Origin: Patescibacteria group bacterium | GTDB lineage: Bacteria > Patescibacteriota > Minisyncoccia > Phycocordibacterales > JAKAEA01 | Length of the DNA: 64,000 nt | Direction of reading: 5' to 3' | Assembly: GCA_040387855.1 (NCBI GenBank) | Contig: JAZKCY010000001.1 | Coordinates: forward strand, 910,922-974,921 | Shown: positions 19,001-28,733 of the stretch, one piece after another | How positions within the stretch are numbered: position 1 is the stretch's first letter | How the letters are laid out: each line of letters opens with the position of its first letter | Translations under genes and position numbers: made by a program | Notes under the pieces: generated by a model | The model's input: only the letters and a program-made list of their open reading frames with translations | The model's database searches: none | Told to the model about the DNA's origin: nothing

Positions 19001-20785
19001 TTATTTCACAAATACATTTACTGCTTTCTGAGAAAATGTAGTATTGCCGGCATTATCTTTTGATACGAAGTTGAGTGTGTATGGACCCTGGCCTTTCCAA
19101 TTCCATCCAATAAAATCTACCAATGCTTCCTTGTGAGGATAATCTTGATTACTATTAAACATTTCAACAAGTCCCCCTCCGTCTACTTGCCAATACATTT
19201 TATAATCTGCAATTGCTTTGTTTGTAAGCATAGCCTTAAGTGGTACAACTCCATTCACAGAGCTACCATCTGTTGGCCACCAGATATTTGTTGAGTATGT
19301 GGTTGGTGTTGGAGTTGGAGTTGTTGGCGGGGTTGTTGTTGCTGGAGGAGTTGTTTGACCTTGGCCAACAGTGATTGTTGAAACATTTCCATTCCAATAA
19401 TATGCAGTCGTCCAATTATTATTGAATACTCCTACTTTTAATTTATAAGTTCCAGCTGTTGTTGGAGTCCATGATGTTGTATACGAACCTGGTTGCCCAT
19501 TTGAGACTGTTTGGTTCTCATAAAACTTCTGAAATATTTTCTGATCCGCAGAGTTATATACTTCAAGGTCTACGATTGCTCCAGATACACTTCCAGAGTT
19601 TGTAAGATCCACTTTGAGACTCACCGGATTATTTACGGTATTCCCCGTTACAGTTCCTGTTGTATTCCAAGCACCTGGTTGTGGCTGGGTTGGGTTTGTA
19701 GGATTTGTGGGTGTTGTTCCTGTTGTGCCATACCACTTTTTAAGAGTGTCAAATGCAGGCTTATTTTGAGGCGTATAATCACGATTTCCTTGTCCTCCAG
19801 CTGCAGGATCAGCTATCCAATCCCACAAATACATACCTTCTATATGTGATTTATCATTCCAAAAGCTAAACAATGCTTCATAATTATTTACTTGCTCTTG
19901 AGCATTGTATGCACCACCCATTCCACTATTCCATGGCTGACTATGAGAATTATCTACACTCATGTATCCAATCTCAGTAAAAATCACCTTCTTTCCATAT
20001 TGATCTGAAATTGGTTTTATTTTCGAGGTATTCCAATTGTTCCATGATGACTTAAGGGCTTCTTGAGATGGATTCCACTGTCCTTCTGCTAGTGGGTAAT
20101 ATCCAGAAATACCTATGTAATCTAATTTATTCCAAAATCCAATATGTGGAACTTCTTCTGCAAAATCTCCCGATCCCCAATTTGCACTATAGGTCAAAAA
20201 TCCTGGAAAACGTGTTCTTAGACTATCAATCATAGTTGACCAGCGCTGAGTATTGTCACTGTTTGACGTATACGTAGCGACGGTAATTAATTCTGATCCC
20301 ACCACAATACCAGCTGCTCCTGTTTGCCTTCCGATATCACCTAAATGATTTAGTTTGGCACTGTAATTTGTATAAAAAGCACTTCTGTTACTAGGATTTA
20401 TACTCGCTCGCCAAACTCCATCATGTGATTCAAGATGGGGTTTAAGAACAACTTTAAAACCGAGTGATTTTGCATAGGTAATACCATCAATCAATGCCGC
20501 GTCTGTAGGAGTATTCCATCCATTCTGAATATCAGATGCTGTTGTATTTGCTACGTAATATGGAATAACTAACGATACAGTGTTTGCACCTGTAGACCGC
20601 AAATTTCGCAACGAAGCACGATACGCCTCGGTTGCATATTCACCACTGGATGTTGGATCTATACTTGCTCCTTTTTGCCAGTCTCCTGTTGCCGCTGATG
20701 CAATGTGTGGACTTGTTAATGCAAACGATCCGACAAAAAGTGCGACTATCACAAACAGACTACAGATTTTTGATGTTGTTTTCAT
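19001..20785 (-). CDS. Secreted GH113-like (beta-mannanase-type) TIM-barrel glycoside hydrolase with two C-terminal beta-sandwich modules
   Basis: Signal peptide; motifs VVLKPHL, GSEL, LTYSANW, FW.KLDYIGISGYYPL and IFTEIGY.S; P/T linkers. Confidence 0.82.
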   Translation of the reverse strand: MKTTSKICSLFVIVALFVGSFALTSPHIASAATGDWQKGASIDPTSSGEYATEAYRASLRNLRSTGANTVSLVIPYYVANTTASDIQNGWNTPTDAALIDGITYAKSLGFKVVLKPHLESHDGVWRASINPSNRSAFYTNYSAKLNHLGDIGRQTGAAGIVVGSELITVATYTSNSDNTQRWSTMIDSLRTRFPGFLTYSANWGSGDFAEEVPHIGFWNKLDYIGISGYYPLAEGQWNPSQEALKSSWNNWNTSKIKPISDQYGKKVIFTEIGYMSVDNSHSQPWNSGMGGAYNAQEQVNNYEALFSFWNDKSHIEGMYLWDWIADPAAGGQGNRDYTPQNKPAFDTLKKWYGTTGTTPTNPTNPTQPQPGAWNTTGTVTGNTVNNPVSLKVDLTNSGSVSGAIVDLEVYNSADQKIFQKFYENQTVSNGQPGSYTTSWTPTTAGTYKLKVGVFNNNWTTAYYWNGNVSTITVGQGQTTPPATTTPPTTPTPTPTTYSTNIWWPTDGSSVNGVVPLKAMLTNKAIADYKMYWQVDGGGLVEMFNSNQDYPHKEALVDFIGWNWKGQGPYTLNFVSKDNAGNTTFSQKAVNVFVK

Positions 20786-20814
20786 GCGGTTTTAATAAAG
20801 TATATAAATTATTT

Positions 20815-20840
20815 GACGCCGCATTGATTTAACTCTTACA
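20815..20840 (-). promoter_or_regulatory. ECF-type promoter TGTAAG-N16-CGTC
   Basis: The minus strand reads TGTAAG agttaaatcaatgcgg CGTC. Confidence 0.75.
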
Positions 20841-20874
20841 CAACACAACAGCACATTTCTGTGCTGTTGTGTTG
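20841..20874 (-). terminator. Hairpin terminator after GH113 gene 2
   Basis: CAACACAACAGCACA-TTTC-TGTGCTGTTGTGTTG. Confidence 0.65.
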
Positions 20875-20910
20875 TTCTGTATTTTACTAATGTCTGAACG
20901 CCTGTATGAA

Positions 20911-23403
20911 TTAAGGATTTACGTAGATCGTAACATCTTTCTGTCCAATAACTTTCTGTTCAAGATCCTTGGCAATGAATGTGAATACATACGGACCATT
21001 ATCTTTCCAAGTCCATCCTGTAAAATCTACCCATGATTCTTTTGATGTACCGTCTTCACTTGAAACCATATCTACAAGTCCTCCCCCATCTACCTGCCAT
21101 GTGAGTGAATAATCTGCAGCATTTTTTCCGGTTACTCGTGCTTTAAGAAGATGTAAACCTTTCATTACCTGTCCTTCAGTTGGTTCACTTATTTCGAGAA
21201 TAGGTGTAACTGGTGGAGTAACTGGTGGTGTGGTTTGTGACACTACGGTGACTTCAATTGTATATGCAGCACCTGCTGTTCCAGTTCCTGCAGTTCCACT
21301 ATAAGGAACAACACGTACTGTGTGTTTCCCTAATGGAGCATTCCATTTATTGTAATTTGTACCTCCTAGATCGCCTCCAATTCCATATGGTGCATTTGTC
21401 TCAGTTGCGACTTTAACTCCATTGAGGAAGAAAACAAGGCTTCCAGGCTTAGATTTTAGATTGGGAACGATTGTTATATTTGGAGTTTCTGCAAGATTGA
21501 TAGTATCAGTTGCATTCAATACTCGAATTGGCTGATCAGTATCTGAATTGTAGAGTGAAAGTGATTCTATAACTGTGCCAGTTGTAGGTGGAGGAGGTGG
21601 TGGTGTTGTGCTCTTTGCAACAAAGGTTACATCAATAGAAAGAGATGTTCCTATACTTCCCGCTGCACCACTTTGTGAGTAAGGAGTAGCCTTGATTGTA
21701 TGCTTACCAAGTGGAGCACTCCATGGAGTATAATTTCCTCCTGCGTCAGTTCCTAATGCATATGGTGCAGCACTTTCTGTTCGAATAGTTTTACCATCAA
21801 CAAAGAATTTAACACTCTTTGTACCGGTGCCTGCAATTGCTTGGATATTCATTTCAGGATAATCAGCAAGAACCACAGTATCTCCTGTTTTTAATTCTCG
21901 TACCGGTTTGTCAGTCTTAGCATCAATCAACATGAATGCAGAAACCTTATTACCAGTAGGTGTAGTTGGTGGTGTAACAGGTGGAGTCACTGGAGGTGTT
22001 GGAGGAGTACCAGTTCCTTGTGGCACTACAAACGATACGACACTATTTCCCCAGTATAAATTCTTTGACCAATCATTTGAGAATACTCCCACTTTCACAA
22101 CATGCTTTCCTGTTGTTGTTGGGGTCCAATTCACAGTATATTGACCAGGCATACTATTTGAAATAGTTTGATGATCATATACTTGCTGAAAGACTAGCTG
22201 ATTTGATGCATTATAGATTTCAATATCAACAACAACATCTGATGCTGATTGTGAATTTGTAACTTTTACTGAAAGATTTGAGGCAGTATTCACTGGATTG
22301 ATAAGTCCAGATGCTGATGCTCCCCACACTCCTACAGGATTTGGATTACCGGTACCTTTGAACCACTCTGTCATTGTTTGCTGAGCCTTTTTGTTTTGAG
22401 GAGTGAAATGGTTTTCTGATGGCCCTCCAGTATTTGGATCAATGTTCCAGTTCCAAAGATGAACACCTTGCATATATGGCTTGCTATCCCAATATTTGAA
22501 CAATGCTTCATAGAGATTTGCTTGTTCTTGTTCATTTACATTTCCAGCACGACTTCCGTTCCATGGATCTGAATGTGCACCATCAACACTTCTGTATCCT
22601 ATTTCAGTAAAGACGATTGGTTTTTTATAAGTATCGTAAAGAGGCTTAATTTTAGTTGTATCCCATGTTTCCCATGACTTCATAAAACTATCTACTGTTC
22701 CTCCTGACAATGGGTAATATGCTGAAATTCCCAAGTAATCAAGTTTGTCCCAGAAAGCGATATGTGGTGCTTCTTCAGCAAAATCTCCTGCTCCCCAGTT
22801 TGCACTATAGGTAAGTAAACCAGAGTATCGTGCTCGAACATCAGCAATCATTTTCACCCATCGCTGAGTGTTGTCTGGATTTTCAGTGTAGGCAGCTACA
22901 TTAATGAGTTCTGTTCCAATACAAATCTCTTCAGCTTTTGTTTCCTGAGCAATTACAGCAAGTTTGTTCAACATAGCTCCATAACTTGCATACCAGGTAT
23001 TTCGATTTGTTGGTTTTATGAGAGCTCTCCATGTTCCTCCACGTGCTTCTATGTGTGGCTTAAGCATCACCATCATGCCCTGACTATGAACATAATTGAT
23101 AGCATCTTTGAGTGAGGCATCGGTAGGTGTATTCCATCCACTAAGAATCTCAGAACCAGAATTACCTTCTTGGTAATAAGTAACTACAAGAGACACGTAG
23201 TTTGCACCTGTAGATTTCAAATTTCGTACAGACTGCTTAAACTGTTCTCCTGAGAAGTCAGTTGTTGATAACGAATAAATACTGGCGCTTTTTTGCCAGT
23301 TTGAAATATCTGCCTGTGTATTATTTGCTAAAAAAGGCATATAAGAGGCCAAAAGACCTACAATTATAGCCGGAACCATCATTAAGACCATTATCTTTTT
23401 CAT
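20911..23403 (-). CDS. Secreted GH113-like glycoside hydrolase (paralog) with four accessory Ig/beta-sandwich modules
   Basis: Motifs VMLKPHI, GTEL, LTYSANW, FWDKLDYLGISAYYPL and VFTEIGYRS; tandem TExxAPY...W.APLGKHT repeats. Confidence 0.82.
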   Translation of the reverse strand: MKKIMVLMMVPAIIVGLLASYMPFLANNTQADISNWQKSASIYSLSTTDFSGEQFKQSVRNLKSTGANYVSLVVTYYQEGNSGSEILSGWNTPTDASLKDAINYVHSQGMMVMLKPHIEARGGTWRALIKPTNRNTWYASYGAMLNKLAVIAQETKAEEICIGTELINVAAYTENPDNTQRWVKMIADVRARYSGLLTYSANWGAGDFAEEAPHIAFWDKLDYLGISAYYPLSGGTVDSFMKSWETWDTTKIKPLYDTYKKPIVFTEIGYRSVDGAHSDPWNGSRAGNVNEQEQANLYEALFKYWDSKPYMQGVHLWNWNIDPNTGGPSENHFTPQNKKAQQTMTEWFKGTGNPNPVGVWGASASGLINPVNTASNLSVKVTNSQSASDVVVDIEIYNASNQLVFQQVYDHQTISNSMPGQYTVNWTPTTTGKHVVKVGVFSNDWSKNLYWGNSVVSFVVPQGTGTPPTPPVTPPVTPPTTPTGNKVSAFMLIDAKTDKPVRELKTGDTVVLADYPEMNIQAIAGTGTKSVKFFVDGKTIRTESAAPYALGTDAGGNYTPWSAPLGKHTIKATPYSQSGAAGSIGTSLSIDVTFVAKSTTPPPPPPTTGTVIESLSLYNSDTDQPIRVLNATDTINLAETPNITIVPNLKSKPGSLVFFLNGVKVATETNAPYGIGGDLGGTNYNKWNAPLGKHTVRVVPYSGTAGTGTAGAAYTIEVTVVSQTTPPVTPPVTPILEISEPTEGQVMKGLHLLKARVTGKNAADYSLTWQVDGGGLVDMVSSEDGTSKESWVDFTGWTWKDNGPYVFTFIAKDLEQKVIGQKDVTIYVNP

Positions 23404-23414
23404 ATAGAGTAATA

Positions 23415-23440
23415 GACGCTATATGGCCGAGCTTCTTACA
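23415..23440 (-). promoter_or_regulatory. ECF-type promoter TGTAAG-N16-CGTC
   Basis: The minus strand reads TGTAAG aagctcggccatatag CGTC, 11 nt before the ATG. Confidence 0.75.
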
Positions 23441-23487
23441 GCTTTTTAAAGATGAGGTTTTGATTAAGTAACCCTAAAAATAAGCAA

Positions 23488-23955
23488 TTATAGGCAGGTT
23501 ACATCATCCACAGCACTCAAACTTGAACCTGCAGTTACCTCAGCTTTTCCTAAATAATCCACACAATACAATCCACCGGGAGTAGACTTTAATGGGATTT
23601 CAATTGCCCACCCAGTAGAGGTGTCATTACATGTTGAGCTATCATAATTACCAATTGCATCTACAGATACTGATACATCAGAACTTTCAGCAGCAGCTGC
23701 ATTTACCATAGGATATATTCCCCCTACAGTTCCTTCTGTACAAATGGTGTCATAACTAAATTCGAAACCCGCATTATCTGTTGCAAATTGTTCTGCCTGA
23801 GTACGTGCACTTGCTAGATTAGTTTTTACCGCTGTATCACTTGCCTTACTTCGAGCAACATTAAGAGAAACTAAGATGACAGCAGATAAAAGACTTATTA
23901 TTGCAATAACTACTAAAAGTTCTATAAGAGTAAAACCGTTTTTATTTTTGCTCAT
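23488..23955 (-). CDS. Type IV pilin (prepilin N-terminal methylation motif)
   Basis: KNG|FTLIELLVVIAII...ARSKA.D; C-terminal YCVD. Leaderless start at 23955. Confidence 0.9.
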   Translation of the reverse strand: MSKNKNGFTLIELLVVIAIISLLSAVILVSLNVARSKASDTAVKTNLASARTQAEQFATDNAGFEFSYDTICTEGTVGGIYPMVNAAAAESSDVSVSVDAIGNYDSSTCNDTSTGWAIEIPLKSTPGGLYCVDYLGKAEVTAGSSLSAVDDVTCL

Positions 23956-23998
23956 GTTTACTACATTATAAGACAATAAATTTTATTAACTAGGGATA

Positions 23999-24032
23999 AC
24001 AAAACCACTCATACTTGTATGAGTGGTTTTGT
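23999..24032 (-). terminator. Terminator after the GH6 gene
   Basis: ACAAAACCACTCATAC-TT-GTATGAGTGGTTTTGT. Confidence 0.8.
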
Positions 24033-24062
24033 GTTTATTAGTCGTTGCTACGAAATGTTGGT

Positions 24063-25961
24063 TTAGTATGCTGAACGCTTTGCAATATCGAGAGCATATT
24101 CTGGCCACCATTCCCCTGCATTTGGACCTCCGTTACAGTTTCCGTCAGATCCTCCAGGGCCCTTTACCCACAAGAATGCATCCACTAATGGATATCCGGT
24201 ATTTGTAGTCGGCTTTGCTCCGAGAGCTCGTCCCCATGGGTTACACCATTCATTGTTTGGTGCAGAACCAAGTCCGTTTCGGCCGGTATCAATTACGAAG
24301 TGCTTGCCTCCAACCTTATCTGAAACCTGAGTTCCGTACGCAATATTTTTCTGAGTGTCTACGAAGTTTGAAGTATTCAATGCGAATCCATCAGCTTGAG
24401 CAATACCTGCTTGCTTCAATCGATTTGCCATATCATCTGGTGTAATCCATCCAGGGTGACCGGCATCAATGTAGACTGAAATATTACCCTTTGATTTGAA
24501 TGTACTTACGGCATCTTTGATTAGTGAGAATCGTTCTGCTGTTCGTGATCCGAGACAATCAGTAAGTGTTGTACCATCTGGTTCAATTATCATTGCTGCT
24601 TTGTTTCCTCCAATTGCATCAGCAATTTTTCGAATCCAATTTCGATATTCATCTGCACTTCCCACTCCTCCGGCTGAGTACTGACCGCAGTCTCGTCCTG
24701 GAATATTGTAAGCTACAAATACAGGCATTGCTCCTTGAGCTTGTGCATCCTTAATTGCATTTTGCACATCTCGAGTAATATCCCAGTTCCATCCTCCAAG
24801 CCATGTCACACTTGCACCGTTCGCAATTTTCTTAAGCTGTTCTGCATCTGCAGGTCGTGAATTCTGCCATTGCTTAATAACTTGTGAAGCTTCATTATTT
24901 GGATTTACATACAACTTCTGACCACTAATAGGATTACCCGCTATAGCCTGCACAGGAGCCGTTACAGCTTGAGTAATAGTATTTACAACAGTAGCTGTTT
25001 GATTTTTTTTCTGAGTATCTGTTGGAGATACTGTTGGTGATGTAGTAACAAGTGCTGGCTTCGCCACAGTTACAGAACCTACAGACATACTTGTATCCTT
25101 AGTTGTAATTAAGTTTCCAGAATTATCTCTAACAACAAAAGTAATTGCGTATGGCCCAGAACCTTTCCAATTCCATGTAGATACATCTACAGAAGCTTCT
25201 TTGTGGTCACCCACGTTGTTCATTACTGTTTCTCCACCATTATCAACCTTCCAAGACATTTTGTAACTATCTGGAGTTGAATTATCAAGCTTTGCACTGA
25301 AGACAGTAACACCACCTACGGTTGAACCTGAAGTTGGAGCAATAACACTCACGGTTGAATATATTGCTGGAGGCGTGGTTGTTTGTGGTTGCTGAGTAGG
25401 AGCAGGTGCCTGAGCAGATGCTACAGGAACTCCTGCTGCTTGTAGCAATGCACTACCTACTGATGCAGATAATGTTGATGACGCTGCTTCTATTTGTACT
25501 GGGCCTTGTGGTGCATCAGGAGTACTGATTTCAATACTTGTTTCACCAAGTGAATTATTATTTTTATCTAATGCTTTAAAGGTAATCTTGTATGGACCAG
25601 ATCCTCGCCATGTCCATGACTTAAGATCTACCACAGCCTCCTTATGAGGATGATCTGTGTATGAATCATACATAGAATTCATCTGACCGTTATCTACTGA
25701 CCAAGACATAGTGTAATCAGAAACATTTTTGTCCTGTACCATTGCCTTGAATGTTTGTGTATCACCTATCTTTGCCCCCTGAGTTGGCCACCAAAGATTA
25801 ATGTTACCATCTGCGTTTACTCCCGTAGTAACAGTATGAGGGAGTATGTCAGATTTGTTTAACCACTCAAACGCATACACACCACCCAACCAAAGAACTG
25901 TTATTAAGAGAAGTTTTGAAGATAAAGAAAGTGCTTTTTTTAGAGACCTATTGTATATCAT
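24063..25961 (-). CDS. Membrane-anchored GH6 cellulase/endoglucanase with two N-terminal Trp-rich modules
   Basis: Motifs YNIPGRDCGQYSAGG, IIEPD, VYIDAGH, GFALNTSN, FVIDTGRNG, WCNP.GR and AFLWVK.PG.SDG.C. Confidence 0.9.
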   Translation of the reverse strand: MIYNRSLKKALSLSSKLLLITVLWLGGVYAFEWLNKSDILPHTVTTGVNADGNINLWWPTQGAKIGDTQTFKAMVQDKNVSDYTMSWSVDNGQMNSMYDSYTDHPHKEAVVDLKSWTWRGSGPYKITFKALDKNNNSLGETSIEISTPDAPQGPVQIEAASSTLSASVGSALLQAAGVPVASAQAPAPTQQPQTTTPPAIYSTVSVIAPTSGSTVGGVTVFSAKLDNSTPDSYKMSWKVDNGGETVMNNVGDHKEASVDVSTWNWKGSGPYAITFVVRDNSGNLITTKDTSMSVGSVTVAKPALVTTSPTVSPTDTQKKNQTATVVNTITQAVTAPVQAIAGNPISGQKLYVNPNNEASQVIKQWQNSRPADAEQLKKIANGASVTWLGGWNWDITRDVQNAIKDAQAQGAMPVFVAYNIPGRDCGQYSAGGVGSADEYRNWIRKIADAIGGNKAAMIIEPDGTTLTDCLGSRTAERFSLIKDAVSTFKSKGNISVYIDAGHPGWITPDDMANRLKQAGIAQADGFALNTSNFVDTQKNIAYGTQVSDKVGGKHFVIDTGRNGLGSAPNNEWCNPWGRALGAKPTTNTGYPLVDAFLWVKGPGGSDGNCNGGPNAGEWWPEYALDIAKRSAY

Positions 25962-26124
25962 TACGTAGCAAACTAACTAATAAACCAACATAGTTGATCC
26001 TAATAGAGTGACCTTTTTTGACAAGGGGTGTTGTTGGGTACGCTTATATAGAGCCATATCGAAAAAGCCAGACAATACAATTGTCCAGCTGAGCAAATCC
26101 TTGAGGCTGCTTTTTAATGGGATC

Positions 26125-26754
26125 TTAATCTTGCACTTTCTGTACTGCTGACTTCTTTGGTTTTAGGAGAAATTCGTACACTACAGGTAAAACAGACACT
26201 AAAATTATGCCTATAATGATGTAGGTAAGGTAATCTTCAATGCCGGGAATGCGTGTTCCAAGCTGATATGAGGCATAGAGTATTCCACCAGCCCAGATAA
26301 CACCACCAATAATATTGTAACTAATAAACGTTTTGTAATTCATCTTTCCTACCCCAGCCATAATAGGAGCAAACGTTCGGACAATAGGTATAAATCGAGC
26401 AACTATAATGGTTCTTTTTCCATATTTTTCAAAATATTCTTGAGTTTTTTCCACGTATTCTTTTTTGAAGAAAAATGAATCTTTTTTACTAAACAATCGA
26501 GGTCCAAAGCGGTATCCAATGTAGTATCCAAAGCTATCACCTAATATTGCAGCAGAAACACAAAGGATAATTAGTACATTAATATTGAATACTCCCTTAG
26601 AAGCCAAAAGGCCTAATGTAAACAAAAGTGAGTCTCCAGGAAGAAAAAAGCCAAAAAGGAAGCCTGATTCGGCAAAAATAGTAAGGAATATGCCAATATA
26701 TCCTAGGCTAATAATAAAGTCTGAAAGTCCATGTAATTGTTCAATAATATTCAT
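26125..26754 (-). CDS. dedA: DedA family membrane protein
   Basis: Motifs FAESG...FLPGDSLLF, GD..GY..G and ARFIPIVRTF. Confidence 0.92.
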   Translation of the reverse strand: MNIIEQLHGLSDFIISLGYIGIFLTIFAESGFLFGFFLPGDSLLFTLGLLASKGVFNINVLIILCVSAAILGDSFGYYIGYRFGPRLFSKKDSFFFKKEYVEKTQEYFEKYGKRTIIVARFIPIVRTFAPIMAGVGKMNYKTFISYNIIGGVIWAGGILYASYQLGTRIPGIEDYLTYIIIGIILVSVLPVVYEFLLKPKKSAVQKVQD

Positions 26755-26876
26755 GTGTTTAGTATATAACGGATGAGGTAGCTCTAACTTACCATATTAT
26801 TTGTTTTTTTCTAATACCTTGCTAGTATTGCCTCATAATAATAATTAATGCTAATAGTTTCACTTTAATTCAGAAT

Positions 26877-28733
26877 ATGAAAAAGATTATTGCCGGAATC
26901 ATTGTTTTCAGTTTTATATCAGTTAGCTTATTCGGTAATAATGCTCAAGCAGCCACAAAAACTACTGACTTACAAAAAAAGACTCCTCAAGTTGAAAGCA
27001 GTAGTGATCCTGAAGTACAGAGAGCCCCCACCCAAGAACTACGTGCTCAAGCCCGCTCAATCAATATTCAAGCACTACTTGCTCCTCAAGCAATAACAAC
27101 AACATCTCTCGGTCCCAATCTTATAGCTAATCCTGGATTCGAAAATGGAAGTCCATCACTTCCTACAAGCTGGCAAAAAAACCGTTGGTCAAACAACCTT
27201 GGTGCTTTCATGTATCCGGTTACTGGAATTGATGGATCAAAAGCCGCAAGTGTTTCAATTACTAGCTATACCGCAGGTGATGCAAAGTGGTTTTTTGCTG
27301 ATGTGCCTGTTACTGCTGGTAAAACATATGAATTTTCAAATTACTCTCAAGCGTCAATCAGTAGCATCCTAACAATAAGATACAAGATGACTGATGGTTC
27401 ATACACATACAAATATTTGAGCGCAGTTCCAGCACAATCTACATTCACTCAAAATAAATACACGATAATTGTTCCAACAAATGCAGTGGCAATGACAGTA
27501 TTTCATCTTATAGATAAAGTAGGAATATTAAGTGTAGACGATTATGAATTGCGAGAAGTAATTACAACAACAATTCCAGATCCCACTCCTACCCCATCTG
27601 AGAATCTTGTTCCCAATGGGAATCTAGAATCCCAGGCAACCAATGGTAATCCTACAGGCTGGAGTAAAAATCGTTGGGGAAATAATACAGGTTCGTTTAC
27701 CTATCCACTATCAGGAGTAAGTGGATCAAAGGCAGCTCGAGTAACAACAACAAGTTATACAACGGGAGATGCAAAGTGGTATTTTGAACCAGTAGCAGTA
27801 TCTGCTGGAACATATGAATATACCGATACCTACAGTTCAACTGTTCCTACAGAACTTACTGCACAATTCATTCACAAAGATGGAAGTATTACATACAAAT
27901 GGCTTGGTACAGCTCCGGTTACCACAGAATTCACCACGATAAAAAAATCTATAACAGTTACTGACAGTGTTGCAAAAGTCACTGTATTACATGTACTACC
28001 TGCAGTTGGTTTCCTGACGATAGATAATGTGAGTTTAGTAAAAGGATCAACTCCTACCCCACCGCCAACACTATTTAGTAATGGTGCTGTTAGCCTCACT
28101 TTTGATGATGGTTGGTTATCTCAATATCAAAACTCAGTTCCAAAAATGAACAGTGTAAACATGAAAGGTACTTTCTATGTAACAAGTCGCCAGCTTTCAG
28201 ATTTTGGATTTACGGGATTCTTTAGCAAAGATACTATCAAGACTATTTATGCTGATGGACATGAAATTGGATCTCATACGCAGACCCATCCTCACCTCAC
28301 TACGTTAAGTCAAACTCAACAGACAACCGAAATCCAAGGATCACGACAAGATCTTCTAGATCTAAATGTGGGACCAATTACTACTTTCGCCTACCCTTTT
28401 GGAGAATATAATGAGATCTCAATTCAAGCAGTAAAAAATAGTGGGTACTCATCAGCACGATCTACAATTGATGGCTATGCAACCGTAGGGACAGATAAAT
28501 ATCAGCTCCCCCGACAATCAGTAGAAGTAGATACATCAATAGAACAAATTCGGCAGTGGATCGATACAGCTATTGCAAATAAGCAGTGGCTCATCCTTGC
28601 ATTCCATAGAATAGATCAGAGCAATGATCAATATGCAGTAACACCAGCAAATTTTAATTTAATCATTGATTATCTTGCACAAAAGAATGCACGAGTTATC
28701 ACAGTAGACCAAGGAATTAAAGCTCTACAATAG
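26877..28733 (+). CDS. Secreted polysaccharide deacetylase (CE4) with tandem CBM4/9-like domains
   Basis: Signal peptide; two NL..N...E..W.KNRW...GDAKW repeats; motifs LTFDDG, HEIGSHT..H, FAYPFG and LAFH. Confidence 0.87.
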   Translation: MKKIIAGIIVFSFISVSLFGNNAQAATKTTDLQKKTPQVESSSDPEVQRAPTQELRAQARSINIQALLAPQAITTTSLGPNLIANPGFENGSPSLPTSWQKNRWSNNLGAFMYPVTGIDGSKAASVSITSYTAGDAKWFFADVPVTAGKTYEFSNYSQASISSILTIRYKMTDGSYTYKYLSAVPAQSTFTQNKYTIIVPTNAVAMTVFHLIDKVGILSVDDYELREVITTTIPDPTPTPSENLVPNGNLESQATNGNPTGWSKNRWGNNTGSFTYPLSGVSGSKAARVTTTSYTTGDAKWYFEPVAVSAGTYEYTDTYSSTVPTELTAQFIHKDGSITYKWLGTAPVTTEFTTIKKSITVTDSVAKVTVLHVLPAVGFLTIDNVSLVKGSTPTPPPTLFSNGAVSLTFDDGWLSQYQNSVPKMNSVNMKGTFYVTSRQLSDFGFTGFFSKDTIKTIYADGHEIGSHTQTHPHLTTLSQTQQTTEIQGSRQDLLDLNVGPITTFAYPFGEYNEISIQAVKNSGYSSARSTIDGYATVGTDKYQLPRQSVEVDTSIEQIRQWIDTAIANKQWLILAFHRIDQSNDQYAVTPANFNLIIDYLAQKNARVITVDQGIKALQ

